The notes beneath the pieces are model-generated. The model was not told the DNA's origin, did not search any database, and worked only from the letters and a program-made list of their open reading frames with translations. From Camelus ferus (Eukaryota), in NCBI RefSeq assembly GCF_009834535.1, contig NC_045707.1:61258001-61322000 (forward strand): a stretch of 64,000 nt of DNA. The letters are read 5' to 3'. Positions 51,860 to 64,000 of this stretch are shown here, piece after piece (position 1 is the first letter of the stretch; each line of letters starts with the position of its first letter). Made by a program: the position numbers and the translations under genes.

Positions 51860-52230
51860 ATTTTAAAGTGTTCACAAGTGGCGAGTCTGTGTGTCTTTGA
51901 TTGTGAATAAAGGCAGAGCTGCTAAAACACTACAAGGGTAAATTTGCCTGGAATTAATACACAGAAAATACTCCAGGCGTTTACAGTCAGCCATAGCATG
52001 AATTAGTCAACTCTCCAAGACCTAAGAGTTTACAATGAATAAAATAACGCATCTAGTTATGCATAGACAAATAATACACATTATAACGGGAATTTCATTC
52101 CCTGCAGGGGTATTGTCAAGTGTAAGACAGAAATGCCAACATGATATATGGGGGAAGGAGGGGAATGACTTAGTACTTATTAGTCTAAGAAGTTTACTTT
52201 CTTATTGCAAACTCTAATCAAATAAATCCC
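51860..52230. promoter_or_regulatory. Candidate enhancer
   Basis: TCF CTTTGAT, two FOX GTTTAC, SOX ACAATG, POU-like TTATGCATA. Confidence 0.35.
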
Positions 52231-53149
52231 TTCTCCCCTGGGGAGGGAGACCATGAGTATAGCTGGTTTAGCTGACCTCTCTCCATATGAAGCATGAGGT
52301 CAAGAGGGAAGGAAGAGAGGCTCTTGAGGGGATCTAGGAGATCTGGTGGAGATCTAGTAGAGATGCTTGTACTCAGGCACGCTGGCAGGAGAAAACAGAA
52401 TGAGAGAATGAGGGGTCAGGCATGTTTGGAGGACATAGCAGAGATAAATGGGGTCTGTCGTGATTAGACTTCCAACTGCAGTAGAGTCTTGCTACTTATG
52501 GAACAATAGTAACTTTACATGCATTGTGCATATCTTTTATTCTTTGAGGCATACTCATGTACTGTCCTATACAATCCTCAGAAAAACTTGGTGAGGCAGT
52601 TATAGAAGGCTATTATAATTTTATTAATAGTCTCATTTGGTAAGTAAGGAGACCTGCCCATGGTCGCTCAGGGAGGGTGTGCACTGTCTGGATCTAGAGT
52701 CCAAATCTTCTCCCTCTACTGGAAGGGGTGCTCACAGCAGGAGGGCACATGGTTATGAACTCTTGGCTTGCGGTGGAGGTATGTCTTTTCATCAGCTTTT
52801 CAAAGCTCCCTGTAGTTACATGAGCTCATTAACATTGTGTAGGGCTTTTTATCTTTTATAGAGTTAATTATGACCAGTCTTGAGATTGTGGTCAACTTTC
52901 CACAGTCATTCATTGACTCAGTAACTATTTATTACAAGAGGAAATAGGAGATATTTCATATATGATTACTGAATACATAGGAAGACCTGACATGGGCATG
53001 GCTTGAATAGTGTACTTCCAGGTCATCTCTCATCATAAACCATAAAGAGCAATGATTTGCTTTTCACATTTTATGATTTTATGATAAGATCTACCTTCTA
53101 CTACAAAAGCCCCAAAGAACAGAAACTTCTTTTTTTAAACTTAAGCTTA

Positions 53150-53533
53150 ACTAGGGTTACAGACTATGGCCAAGATTATTGCTGCAAGGAAATGCAAGCC
53201 TGGAGAAAAGAGGAAGTAAAGAAACTTGGGCAGTGAGGGTTCAGGCTGATGGTGACAGAGCAGCACCCATCTCCCAGTAGCAGTGATGGCGGGGGCAGCA
53301 GTGGTCGGGGGCCCAGTGGCCATGACTAGCAGGATGAGGTATCGTTCTGGTCAGACTGTCTCTTGGTGACGTTGTAGTTAACAATCCTGACCCTCTAGCC
53401 TTGGTTCCTGCCTATTTTCTAAGTCTATTCCTCTTCTGACTCTTCTGTGAGTCCCAATAAATATGTTTTCTGCCTAGAGTGGCTGGATTCAGTTTCTGTT
53501 GCTTGCAAATTAAAAAAAAAAAGCTAATTGATG
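53150..53533 (+). mobile_element. LTR33-like ERVL LTR
   Basis: ccaataaatatgttttctgcc..cagtttctgttgcttgcaa end. Confidence 0.5.
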
Positions 53534-53544
53534 AGTGGCACAGC

Positions 53545-54265
53545 TGAATTTAATTGTTCATGTAACAAATATCTACCAACTGAGTAATAAGAGCTCGTCA
53601 CTCTCCTGGATGTTAAGGATACAGCAGTGACTATGATCAACCAGATACTTGCTTTTACGGAGATGAAATTTCAGTTAGGAGTAAAAAGACAATAAACAAG
53701 AAAGTAAATACGTGAATAAAAGAATGTCAACTTGTGATAAGTGCTATGGAAGAAAACAAAGCAGGCCTATGGGAAAGCAACCAGGGAGCAAGGTGGTTCC
53801 ACTTTGAAATGAGAGGTTAGAGGATCTCTCTGCAGAGATGACATTTGAGCTGAGGCCTGAGTGCAGAAAAAGAAGGCAGCCACGGGACAGTCCAGGGGCA
53901 AAACATTCCAGGAGGAGGGAAGGGCGGCAGCAAGGATTCCAAGGTAGGAATGGACTTGGTGTGAACAACAGTAAAAAGAACAATATGGGTAGAGCCCCGG
54001 GAAGTTGCGGGGAGGGTAGTGCAAGATGAAGTCAGGCGGAGCCCAGAGCTCACAGAGTCCTGTATAAGCCATGGTAAGGGGTTCAGATTTTATTCTAAGC
54101 ACAGTAGGCAGGCATCTGTGGGTTTTAGGTAAAGAAGTGAGAGAAACTGATTCACATTTTTAAAAGATGGTTTTGGTGCTCTGGAGAGAATGGATCCTTA
54201 AAAAAACAAGGGTGGAAGCCAGAAAACGCCTGTTGGGTACCTACTGCAAGACTCCAGGTGAGTTA
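53545..54265 (-). mobile_element. L2 LINE
   Basis: gatacagcagtga; tgacatttgagctgaggcctga; ttttattctaag. Confidence 0.8.
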
Positions 54266-54520
54266 AGACGGACACAAAGGATTTTTCCTTCAGGGCCTCT
54301 CAGTTGTACCAGATGGAGAATTTCCAGAGATGAAGTGAGGAAAGTGTGTGCTCTAGCTGCTTATCTTACACCTCTGGAAAACAGTTTTTATTAATCAAGG
54401 GCACCGGGAACCAGGGCCAACATATAAATGCTTGAATAAACACTTCCATTTCCAAGCAATTGAGAAGGTCAAGGCAGTTTCTTTGTTCCATTTTTTTGTG
54501 TAATTTTCCATTCCATTCAG

Positions 54521-55390
54521 CTGAAAAGAGTAGGCAGGCAAACATCACTGCTCAATTCTTCGGCTTTGGCATAGAAAGAAATAGAGCATAATGCCCCCCA
54601 AAACAAAATTCATTGTCCTCACACAGAGATGTTTCCTTCGTTAATTCAAGGTTTCATGACAAAGAATGTTTGCTTGAGATTGTAAAAAATATAGGCCAAT
54701 CAAAGTCATTGTACAAACAATTGTCTTAATCTGGAATGTTTATGTACAACTGTATAGTACTGTTTTGTGTATATTTAAACAAGCCAGATATTTTAGAAAC
54801 ATGGTACCTGGTGTACCCTCCAGTTCTTTATCAACTTGGCCAAATCAATTTAAAAGTTATCAGCAGCATATATTAATTACATATCACTATTTATTGATTC
54901 TATTAATACATCTGTGAAACTATCCCTAATCTTAAATAAAATAAGAACTCATAAAAACAGTTTAGGAAATAATTCAACAAAAAATGTTCCTTTTTTTCCC
55001 CCTTACAGAAATATGGAATTTTTTGGTCCTTTTAGAAATTCCTGATAGTGAAGAAATGCATAATTAGGGTATTTTCTAATTAATAAATTGATTCACTTTA
55101 ATTGTCTCCATGTGCAACTGGTTTGACTTGTAAATGAAATGATTAGTAAGATCAGTCAAATAATTGTCAATTCAACATATTTTCTACTCCTTTTTGAATG
55201 AATTATGTTCTCCATTAATTAACTGTGCCTGAAGGAGATGTATTTTTGTATTCAGCTGTGCCAAATGTCATTTTAAATTTACCTTACGTGGCTCTTACCT
55301 GGATAGGGCTTTCTGGAACCAAGTGTTAACTGGCCACGGTGGAAGTGCTGGCTACGTCATCCTGATCTTGGCAAAAAATCAAAACTAAGA
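54521..55390 (+). pseudogene. Cluster of candidate fossil exons (54521-~54800, 55009-55068, 55256-~55390)
   Basis: Three pyrimidine-rich acceptors; KEIEH..QNKI..FPSLIQGF; LRGSYLDRAFWNQVLTGHG. Confidence 0.4.
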
Positions 55391-55759
55391 GATCAAAAGA
55401 TAAGATTTCGGTATTAGTAAGGGAGTAGAATCTAACTTCTGTGGAAAACCTACTCTGTGTTAGCCTTTCATGCTAGGTACATGAAATATGTAAGCTCATC
55501 TATTTCAGACAAGGAAGAGTTTGTAGCCTACAGATAAGGAAGCTTCGAATCTGATACATCTAAAGAGTGGCTGCACCAAGTTTAAAATCTATGTCTATTT
55601 GGCTCCAAATATTCTGTGCTTTCTACATGTGCTTGTTAATTCTCCAGCAATGTTTCTTAAAGTGGTAATTCCAAGTTTTTCCATTAGTTTTACTCACTTC
55701 TGTTCTAATTAGAGCCTTTCACACTTTAGATAAGTTCATCTGATCTCTTAAAAAATAGT

Positions 55760-56980
55760 TGTTTTTCTTCTGAAAGTTGATATATAGTTGCAGAAAACTT
55801 GGGAACCACAGAGAAATTTAAAAAATAAATATCATACGTTCTTAACAACATAAAAATGACCTCTGTAAATGTTTTGATCTCTTTAATGTCTTTCTCTTCA
55901 GTATTTTTCCTATGGAGTTGAGATTATGTTTCTTCTCCAGTTTTGTATTCTGCTGTGCTTATATATTTTTGTATCATTGTGTGTTTTTTTTTTCCTATTT
56001 CACTAAATATCCTTTGAAAATGTATTGTTTGTATGGTGCAAAGCACTCTTTTGAATAGATATACTAGAATATATTTAATCATCCTCTCCAATATGAATAC
56101 TATTATTTTAATGAACTTATCCTCTTTTTAGCCATATTATAATAAACATACCTCTTCACCCACATTTCTGATTATTTGCTAGAAATACATCCCTGTAAGT
56201 AGAATCAATCACTGTATTAAAAACACATATTTTTAAAAGGCTTTTGATACATCTTACCAAATATTGCTGATTGCTCCCCAAAAAAGTTGTAACAATTTGT
56301 TCACTTATCTTCAACCATCCTACATTCACAAAATAACTGCAAATTTGAGAAGAAAAATGGCAGCTAATTATGGTTTTAATTTGAATTTTAGGTTACTAGT
56401 GCAATTGGATCTTTTTTCATATGTTCATTTGTTCTTTCTCACCCACCCCACCCCCTTTTCTTTGGCTTTTTCCTACTAATTTCAGTTGGGTAATGTTTGT
56501 TCCCTCTTTATTTTCTTGAAAGCTTCTTATAAGATTGGAATGATCTGGTTTTTGAATGTTTGTTAAAGTTCACTTGTAAATCCCTTTCAGCTGATTTATG
56601 TTTTGTGGGTAGATTTTTAAGTGTTTGTTCAACTTGTTTATGGCTAGAACACAGAAAATATTTTGCGTTAGTTTGGTAAGTTATGTTTTTCCCGAAATAT
56701 ATTAATTTCATCGAAGGTTTACATTTTATTGGCACAAAGTTAACTTTTAAGATTTCTTTGGAGATTAAACAGTTTTCCTGTTTTATTTGGCTCTTTGTTT
56801 AGCTTAGAATTTTTATAAGAAACATTAGCTTTTTGGTAGTTGTCTTGTTGTAGGTGGTTAAGCTTACCAATCTTTATTTTCTTTGACAACATAAAAATAC
56901 AAGATGTTCTAATCAAGGTTCTCAGTTTTTCTTTCTTCTCTTTTCTTTTTTATGTAATATATAATTTACAAATCTGCTGT
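55760..56980 (-). mobile_element. Old L1ME fragments
   Basis: T-rich antisense L1 motifs (ccaaatattgctgattgctcccc; ggttttaatttg). Confidence 0.55.
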
Positions 56981-57025
56981 GGAATTGGAGGGAAGAACCT
57001 ATCCCATGAATTGATGGACTATATC

Positions 57026-57450
57026 TGTGTTGATTTACTAGAGCTGCCATAACAAGATACCACAGACTGGTACTTTGGGGGCTTAAATAACAGACTTTTT
57101 TAAACCCCAGTTCTGGGCGCTGGAAGTCCAAAATCAAGATGTTGGCAGGTTTGGTTTCTTCTGAGGCCCCCCTCCTCTGCTGTGGATAGCCGCCCTCTTA
57201 CTGCTTCTGCGCAAGGTCTACCCTCTTTGTTCATGCATCTGTGGTGTCTCTGTGTGTGTCTTAATTTCTTCTTCTTAGAAGCATACCAGTCAGATTGGAT
57301 TAGAGCCCACCCTAATGGCCTCATTTTAACATAATCACCCCTTTAAAGTCCCTGTTTCCAAATACAGTCAGTTCTGAGGTAATGGATTTAGGGCTTCAAC
57401 ATACAAACAGGGGCAGGACATATAGCCCATATGGCGTATAGCCCATAACA
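57026..57450 (-). mobile_element. MLT1B/C LTR
   Basis: gctgccataacaagataccacagactgg..ccagtcagattggattag..gcccataaca. Confidence 0.8.
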
Positions 57451-58454
57451 CCATTTTAGAGAGACCTGGTCCCAAAGACTTGTGGATTATCACCCTGGAA
57501 CTCTCTTAGAAAAAGCTCCAAGAGAGGTTAAAAACTTGGATCTTCAACAGAAATGCAAAAAAAAAAGAAAAACAAAAAAAAACCACCCATATTTTCAACA
57601 TGATTACTTATATTATTCAAAACCTCTATGTTATTTGTTTTTACTACTCCATCTAACATGGACTGATAATAGAGTGAAGTCTCTCACTATGATTATCTGT
57701 TGGTTTCCGTGTGAATTTCTAATAGATTCTTTTTATTTCTGATAGGAGGATGCTATATGAATAAGCTCTTAAAAGTGTGTGATGACTAGTTTCAGTTTAG
57801 CAGTAAAAATATGTCATGAAATGCAAGGACTTACCTTTTGATCCAACAAGAATACAGTTAAAAGAAATTCCCTCTGAACTTTGATTCGTGGTCCTCTCAT
57901 ATCTTCACTCTTCACTGTTCTTTCGAGTTTTAAACTCTCATTGTGTTTTTTTCATAGGAATTTTAGTGGGTGGCTCGTAGGCATAGTCAGGCATGTCTGG
58001 TCTACTTTTTTGTTTAGCCAAAAATCCTTTATTTGATACCTACTAAAGTGACCAGTGCCATCTGGATATATAATGACTGCTTCTTCTATCTTGCCATCAC
58101 CATATTATCTCCTAGTTTTTATTGTAACTATTCTTTCCTTTTTTCCCTGACTCAGAGGATTACTAAAACTAAACCCTTTACCGACGTTCCTTTTGCTGTT
58201 CCCTCCCACCTCCCAGGGCACTGTTCTCAACTGCAGGGTTTAGGTCTCCTAGGAGCCAGTAAGCATTCTTCTGGGGAGCAGAAAAAAATGCTAGAACTAC
58301 TAATTATATTTATTTTTACGTCACCTCAAATTGTTTTTGTTTATGTTCTATAATTACATTCTATGATAGTCTATAATGCATAATTACATAGTACAGGTAT
58401 AATTTACCAATAAATAAGCACACAGGCAAATGGTTTTTATTGAATGAACAGAAG

Positions 58455-58880
58455 TCATCCGGGTGTGCCACAGATCTGATGATTAGTGTGGGAAGTTTAT
58501 CAGGGAGTGTTCTCAGGATCAACACCTGCGGGGGTTGAAGGGGACAGGACTGCACCATGGTTCTCCCCTGGGGAAGATTTTGTACCCCAGGATATATTTT
58601 GCAACATCTGGAGATATCCGGGCATCTAGTGGGTAGAGGCCAAGGATGCTGTTAAATATTCTGTAACACGCAGGGTAGCCCTCAAAACAAAGAATTATTC
58701 AGCTCAGAATGTCAATGATGCTGCATTTGAGAAGCCCTGAGGGAGGAGAAGCAGCTGGTGGCAGTCAGAGTCAAGGCTTCGTTTCGTTCAGTAGGGAGCT
58801 CTGGGGAGGGAAGGGTCCTTCACAGGGTCCTACATGGACCAGTCATTGGACACAGGCTGCCTCCAAGCAGGAGGCAAGAC
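58455..58880 (-). mobile_element. LTR16-like element split by MER20
   Basis: gggagtgttctcaggatcaacacctg; ccagtcattgga. Confidence 0.55.
58556..58739 (+). mobile_element. MER20 hAT element
   Basis: ggcatctagtgggtagaggccaaggatgctg..tgagaagccctg. Confidence 0.85.
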
Positions 58881-58919
58881 CTGAGGAATGGCATGTTGTT
58901 AAGAGCTGTATAAACGCCT

Positions 58920-61900
58920 GAGTAGGTATTCTTTTGCTTATGGCTTCTTTTGCTCAGCATTATATTTGTGATGTTCATGTTATTGTTGCTTGCAGCTGTG
59001 GTTAATTCCTTTTTATTGCTGTTCCACTACATATTTATATCACATATGATTTATCCATTCTACTCTAGGTGAACATTTGAGATGTTTCTAATTTTTGTCT
59101 ATTACAAATAATGCTGCTGTGAACCTTCTTACACAGATGTGCATGTGTTTATATTGCGTATATATCTAGCAGTGCAAGTGCTTTGTCACTGGTTTTACAT
59201 GTTTTTCAACTTTAGTAGATAATGGCAAATGGTCTTCCAAAGTGGTTGAACCAACTTACACTCTCACCAGAAGTGTATGAGTGTTCCCATTGTTCCTTGT
59301 CCTTGTGAACACCTGGTCTTATCAATCTTTTTAATGTTACCATTTTGATGGGTTTATAGTGGTACCACAAAGATACCAGTTGCATTTTCCTGATTACTGA
59401 TGAGGTCATTGTGTGTTCTTGAATCATTTGGAGATCGTATTTTGTGTAAACCTGTTTAAGTCTCTCTTTTTCTGTGTTGCCTATTCTTTTCCTTAATGAT
59501 TTAGAGTTCATTATTCTGCCTGTAGCCCCTTTATTAGTTATATGTTTTGCAAGGATCTTCTCTAATTTTCATGTTCTTAAAGTCTTTTCATGAAGAGAAG
59601 TTGTTAATTTTAATGTAACCCAAATTTTTCATGTCTTTCTACATAGTTAGTATTATTTCCTGTTTAAGAAATAGACTAAGAAATGAAGCGGTACAAACTT
59701 CCAGTGACAAACTGAGTCACAAGGTTGCAATGTACATTGTGGGGAATATAATCAATAATGTAGTATCTTTCTATGGTGACAGATGGTCACGAGATTTATC
59801 ATGATGATCATTGTGTAATGTATAGAAACATTAAATCACTATGTTGTGCGCAGGAACTAATTTAGTGTTGAAGGATAATTATCCTTCAAAAAAAACACAA
59901 CAAACTCATTGGAAAAAGAGATCAGATTTGGCGTTACCAGAGGCAGGAGGCTGGGGGTGGGGAGAATTGGATGAAGGTGGCCAAAAGGTGCAAACATCCA
60001 GTTATAAGGTATATAAGCACTAGGGATGTAATGCACACATTATTAATGTCATTGACACTGCTGTATATTATAATATGAAAGTTGTTAAGAGAATAACTCC
60101 CACGAATTATCGTCACAAGGAAAAATTATTTTTTTCTTTTTCTTTTCTTTTGTCTCTGTATGAGATGATGGATGTTCACTAAACTGTCGTGGTAAAAATT
60201 TCATGACGTAGGTAAGCAAATCATTATGCTGTACACCTTAGACTTATACAGTGCTGTGCGTCAGTTATGTCTCAAGGAAACCAGAAGAATAATTAATTAA
60301 TTGATTTTTTAAAAGAAAGAAATAGCCTAGGTGATAAAAATATTCTATATGGTCCTCTAGATACTTTATTGTACTGTCATACTTAGATCTGCAGCCTACT
60401 TGGAATTGATTTTTATATATGATGGAAGGCAGAGAGTTTAAGATTTTATTTTGTTTTAAAACAAATGTCCAATTTAGCCAGAATAACTTATTCAAAATAT
60501 TGACTTTTCTTTATCGTTCTTCATGCCTATTTTGTTGAGTATCATGTACATAAGTGCAAAGTCCTTTCCTTTTTTATTATGTTTTACTAGTATATTTGTC
60601 CATTTTTTTGTTGTTATTATAAGTCTTGATATCTGTAGAGGAAATCATCTGACCTTGTTTTTCTCCCTCAAGAGAGTGAGTATTGATGGTTTTTGGCCCC
60701 TGGACATTTTCATTAAAATTTTGCAATCAGCATGTCAAATTTCACAAAAGGTACTGTTTGTATCTTGATTGGAGAAAGCAGATATCTTTGTAATGTTGAA
60801 ACTTGCAGTCATGCACAATGTGTAACTTTCCATTTACATCATTTTTAACTTATCTCAATATTTTATAATTGTCTGTAAAAAATACACATCTAATTCCAAG
60901 AGAATGTTTATTTTTTCTTTTAAAAAATATTATCATTTAAATTTTTTTATTTTTCTAACTTTTTATTGCTGGTACATAGAAATGCCATTAATTTTTGTAT
61001 AATGACTTTATATTCAGCAAATTTGTTAAACTTACTTACTAATTCTGAATAACTTCTAAATATTTTGGATTTTTAATTTACATAGTCATACCCACAAATA
61101 ATAAAATTGTATTTTTTTTAGTCCAGTGCTCATGCCTTTTATTTCTTATGGTTAAAATTTTTTTGTCTTATTAAACTCACTAGTACTTCCAGAGCAGTGT
61201 GGAATAAAATTGATGACAGTGAGAAACTTTGTCTTATGCCCTATCTCAAAAGGAAAGCTCTAAAATAATCCCCCTTAAGTAGATTTTTCTGTAGACTGTG
61301 TATGCATGTACCTGCGTGGGTAATTTACTTTAGTTTAAGAAAGTTCCCTTCAATTCTCAGTTTTCTAAGAGTTTTATAATGAATAGATCTGGCATTTTAA
61401 AAATGTTTTTCTGCAACTATTGAGTTGAATTGCTTTATTTTTCTTATTCTGTTAATTGCTAATCTTATTCTGTCAATGGACTTTTAAATTTTCCAACATT
61501 TTAAACATACAGAGAAGTTGGAAAATGTTACCATTTTGCTAACTTGCTCTGTTAGATCCATCTGTTACCCATTCATTAATCTATTTTGTCTATTAATTTC
61601 TGAAAATTTCAGATACTTTCAGATTCATAAACTTCCTCCTGAAGACTTCACTATGTGTATCAACAGCTGAAGTTTAATTTTTTTTGAGTTTTCTTTGGTT
61701 CAACATACAATTAAATGCACAAATATTAAGTGTATCACTTAACAAGCTTTGAAAAAATGTATTCACCTGAGTAACCCAAAATCTTATCAAGATATAAAAC
61801 ATTCACGTAACCTCAAAAAGTTGCCTTATGTCCCTGCACCATCAGTCTCTGCCTTTACACTTCCAGAAGGAACACCATTCTGATTTTTTTCCGCAATAGA

Positions 61901-63340
61901 TTAGTTTTAAATCTTCTAGAACTTCATATAAATGAAGCTACATACTATATACTCTCTTGCCTAAGGTTTACTTTTTCAGCATAATTTGGAAATTTATATG
62001 TGATATTGAGTATATCAGTGTTTTTTATTACTTTTTGATTGTTGAGTAATATCCCCTGAATGTATTACATTATGTTTATTCTTTCTACTTTTGATGGACA
62101 CCTGGGCTGTTTCCAGTTTTGCAATATTACAAATGCTGTTATGAACATTCTTATACAAGTCTTTACATAGACAATACTTTTTATTTCTTTTGGGTAAATA
62201 CCTAGGAGTAGTATTGCTAGGTTATAGCATAGGTATATGTTTATACTATGAGAACAGCCAGACAATTTTCAATGGTTATACCGTTTACATCCCCACCAAC
62301 CTTAGGAGTGTTCTGATTGTTTCACATTCTCGCCAACATTTGGTGTTGTCAGTTTTTTAAATTTTTGCCATTCTGGTGATCATATAGTAAAATTTCACTG
62401 TGGCTTAAATTTGCATTTCCCATATGTATAATTAAGTTAAGAGTATTTTCATACATTAATTGACCATTGGTATATCTTGTTTTATGAATTGTCTGTCCAA
62501 ATCTTTTGTCTGTTTCTGAATAGGTTGTATGTCTTCTTAATACTGAGAATCTTTTATATATTCTAGATGCTAGTTTGCAAATATTTTTTCCCAGTCCGTA
62601 GGTAGTCTATTCATTTCTTAATAGTGTCTTTTGATAAGCAGAAGTTTTGGATGCAGTATAATTTATCAATTTTATCTAGTTGATACTGCATTCTTTGGCT
62701 TAACTGTATTATCCTAGGTTTTGTTCTGAAAGCTCTGTGATTTTAGGTTTTATATTTAGGTTTATGATAGGCCTCAAATTAACATTTGGATGTGGTGTAA
62801 CATAGGGAGTGATGTTCAGCATTTTCTATATCCAGTTGTTCTAGCACCATTTGGTGAAAAACATTTCATCACCCAGTGCGTTTTATTAACGTTTAATGTA
62901 ATTGTTGACATGGTTGGATTTAGGTCTACCATTTCGTTTTCTGTTTTCCATCTGTCTCCTCTGTTTTCCTTTCCTATTTTCCTTTGCTTATTTGAATAAT
63001 TTTTAGAATTTCATTTTAATTTACTTACTGACTTTTTGGGGATACCTCTTTGCCTTCATTTTTATTGGCTGCAGTAGGAATTAAAAAATACATCCTTAAC
63101 TTTTTACAGCATATTTATAAAGTAAATATTATATCACTTCACATTACATAGCAGTTTTGTAACAATAGGGTATATTTCCATTTATCCCCACTCCACTCAG
63201 TCCTTTATGTTATAATTTTCATTTGTATTACATATATTTTTTTTCTAAACCCTATAAGACAGTGTTTCAAATTTTGGTTAAACAGTGATATGTATTTTAA
63301 AGAAATTAAAAGAAAAAATGTTTTGTATTTACCTACATGG
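58920..63340 (-). mobile_element. Stack of old L1M fragments
   Basis: Multiple antisense L1 ORF2/3'UTR motifs; ORF 62065-62265 is L1 ORF2-like (LLGIYPKE..NWKQPRCP). Confidence 0.85.
59681..60316 (+). mobile_element. Younger L1 3' end nested in an older L1
   Basis: TSD aagaaatagactaag (59666-59680) / aagaaatagcctagg (60317-60331). Confidence 0.75.
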
Positions 63341-63949
63341 CCAATCAATTCTAAGATCTGTCAAGTCTTTCTTTGAAAGTGTATTTTATAGCATTGTGTT
63401 TCTCTTTATTCTATTGTCTTGTTTGTCCCTACAATACCTCATGAATAAATGATATCTCCTAACGAATCACCTTTCCTTCAGACTCCCTGTTCTCAAATTT
63501 TCTCTCCCAAACATTGTAATGAGAAATGAAGTGGCAATGAGGAGTCCCTGAGCTCTTCGTTGCAGTAGAAAATGAAAGTCAATATGTAAAATCTAATCCA
63601 GTGAATGGCCTCAGACTAGAGCCTGCCTAAAGACGATTTTATATTCTATGCATTGCCTTTTGTTGGGCCTTGCACAAAGAAAGCACTCAATGAATATTTA
63701 TTAGATTGTTGGATGAACAAAGAAAGTCCTTTTTTTCTTACCCACAATGAAGGAGAACCTGTGTTACTGAAACAAAGTTACCACTCTGAAAACCAATAAG
63801 GACAACTAAGAGATGTATGTATTGCTTCTCAGTGCATAAACAATAAACAAACAATAGTACTTCACTTTGTACATAAAATAAAAAATGATTGTAGCCAGTT
63901 AAGAGAATCTGATTGGAAAGGGGATGAAAACTTATAAATCTTCCAGAAA

Positions 63950-63995
63950 TCTATCATATATCATGTGTCATGTCATATCGTGTCATATCATATCA
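63950..63995. repeat. Degenerate (ATATC/ATGTC)n microsatellite
   Basis: tcatatatcatgtgtcatgtcatatcgtgtcatatcatatca. Confidence 0.7.
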
Positions 63996-64000
63996 CTCAA

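Larger units (their letters stand above)
24..55390 (+). pseudogene. Degraded multi-exon unitary pseudogene of a multi-EF-hand (EFCAB6-like) protein; may extend past the window ends
   Basis: About 20 non-repeat islands all translate on the + strand into EF-hand-pair-like peptides with stops and frameshifts, and many have AG/GT splice boundaries. Family call is by eye. Confidence 0.7.

Noticed and set aside
62065..62265. Short ORFs as real genes (also 59212-59511, 36075-36359, 39137-39859, 48850-49155, 53744-54102)
   Set aside because: They lie inside L1, L2 or MLT repeats.
1..64000. Prokaryotic systems (CRISPR, operons) or a named locus and gene symbol
   Set aside because: The sequence is mammalian with no repeat-spacer arrays, and no intact gene is present to anchor a locus name.

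Overview
This is mammalian genomic DNA, probably camelid, judging by two Vic-1-like tRNA-derived SINEs with target-site duplications (TSDs). It is AT-rich and dense in old repeats (L1M, L2, MIR, CR1, MLT1/LTR16/LTR33/MamGyp LTRs, MER63A, MER33, Tigger2, MER20, MER102). I find no intact protein-coding gene and no RNA gene. The main result is that many non-repetitive islands between about 24 and 55,400, translated by eye on the + strand through stops and frameshifts, repeat one EF-hand-pair pattern (F..D....G.I...EF..L..F...L...F..LW..D...G...Y..FL). The clearest example is LFDWSVSGYIEHEDF at 7263-7307. Many islands have plausible AG/GT boundaries and four of the inferred introns are 70-80 nt. 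Together this suggests the fossil (unitary pseudogene) of a large multi-EF-hand, EFCAB6-like gene, interleaved with repeat-free, transcription-factor-motif-rich blocks that look like enhancers. The protein family and repeat names come from recalled patterns, not database searches, and exon boundaries are approximate.
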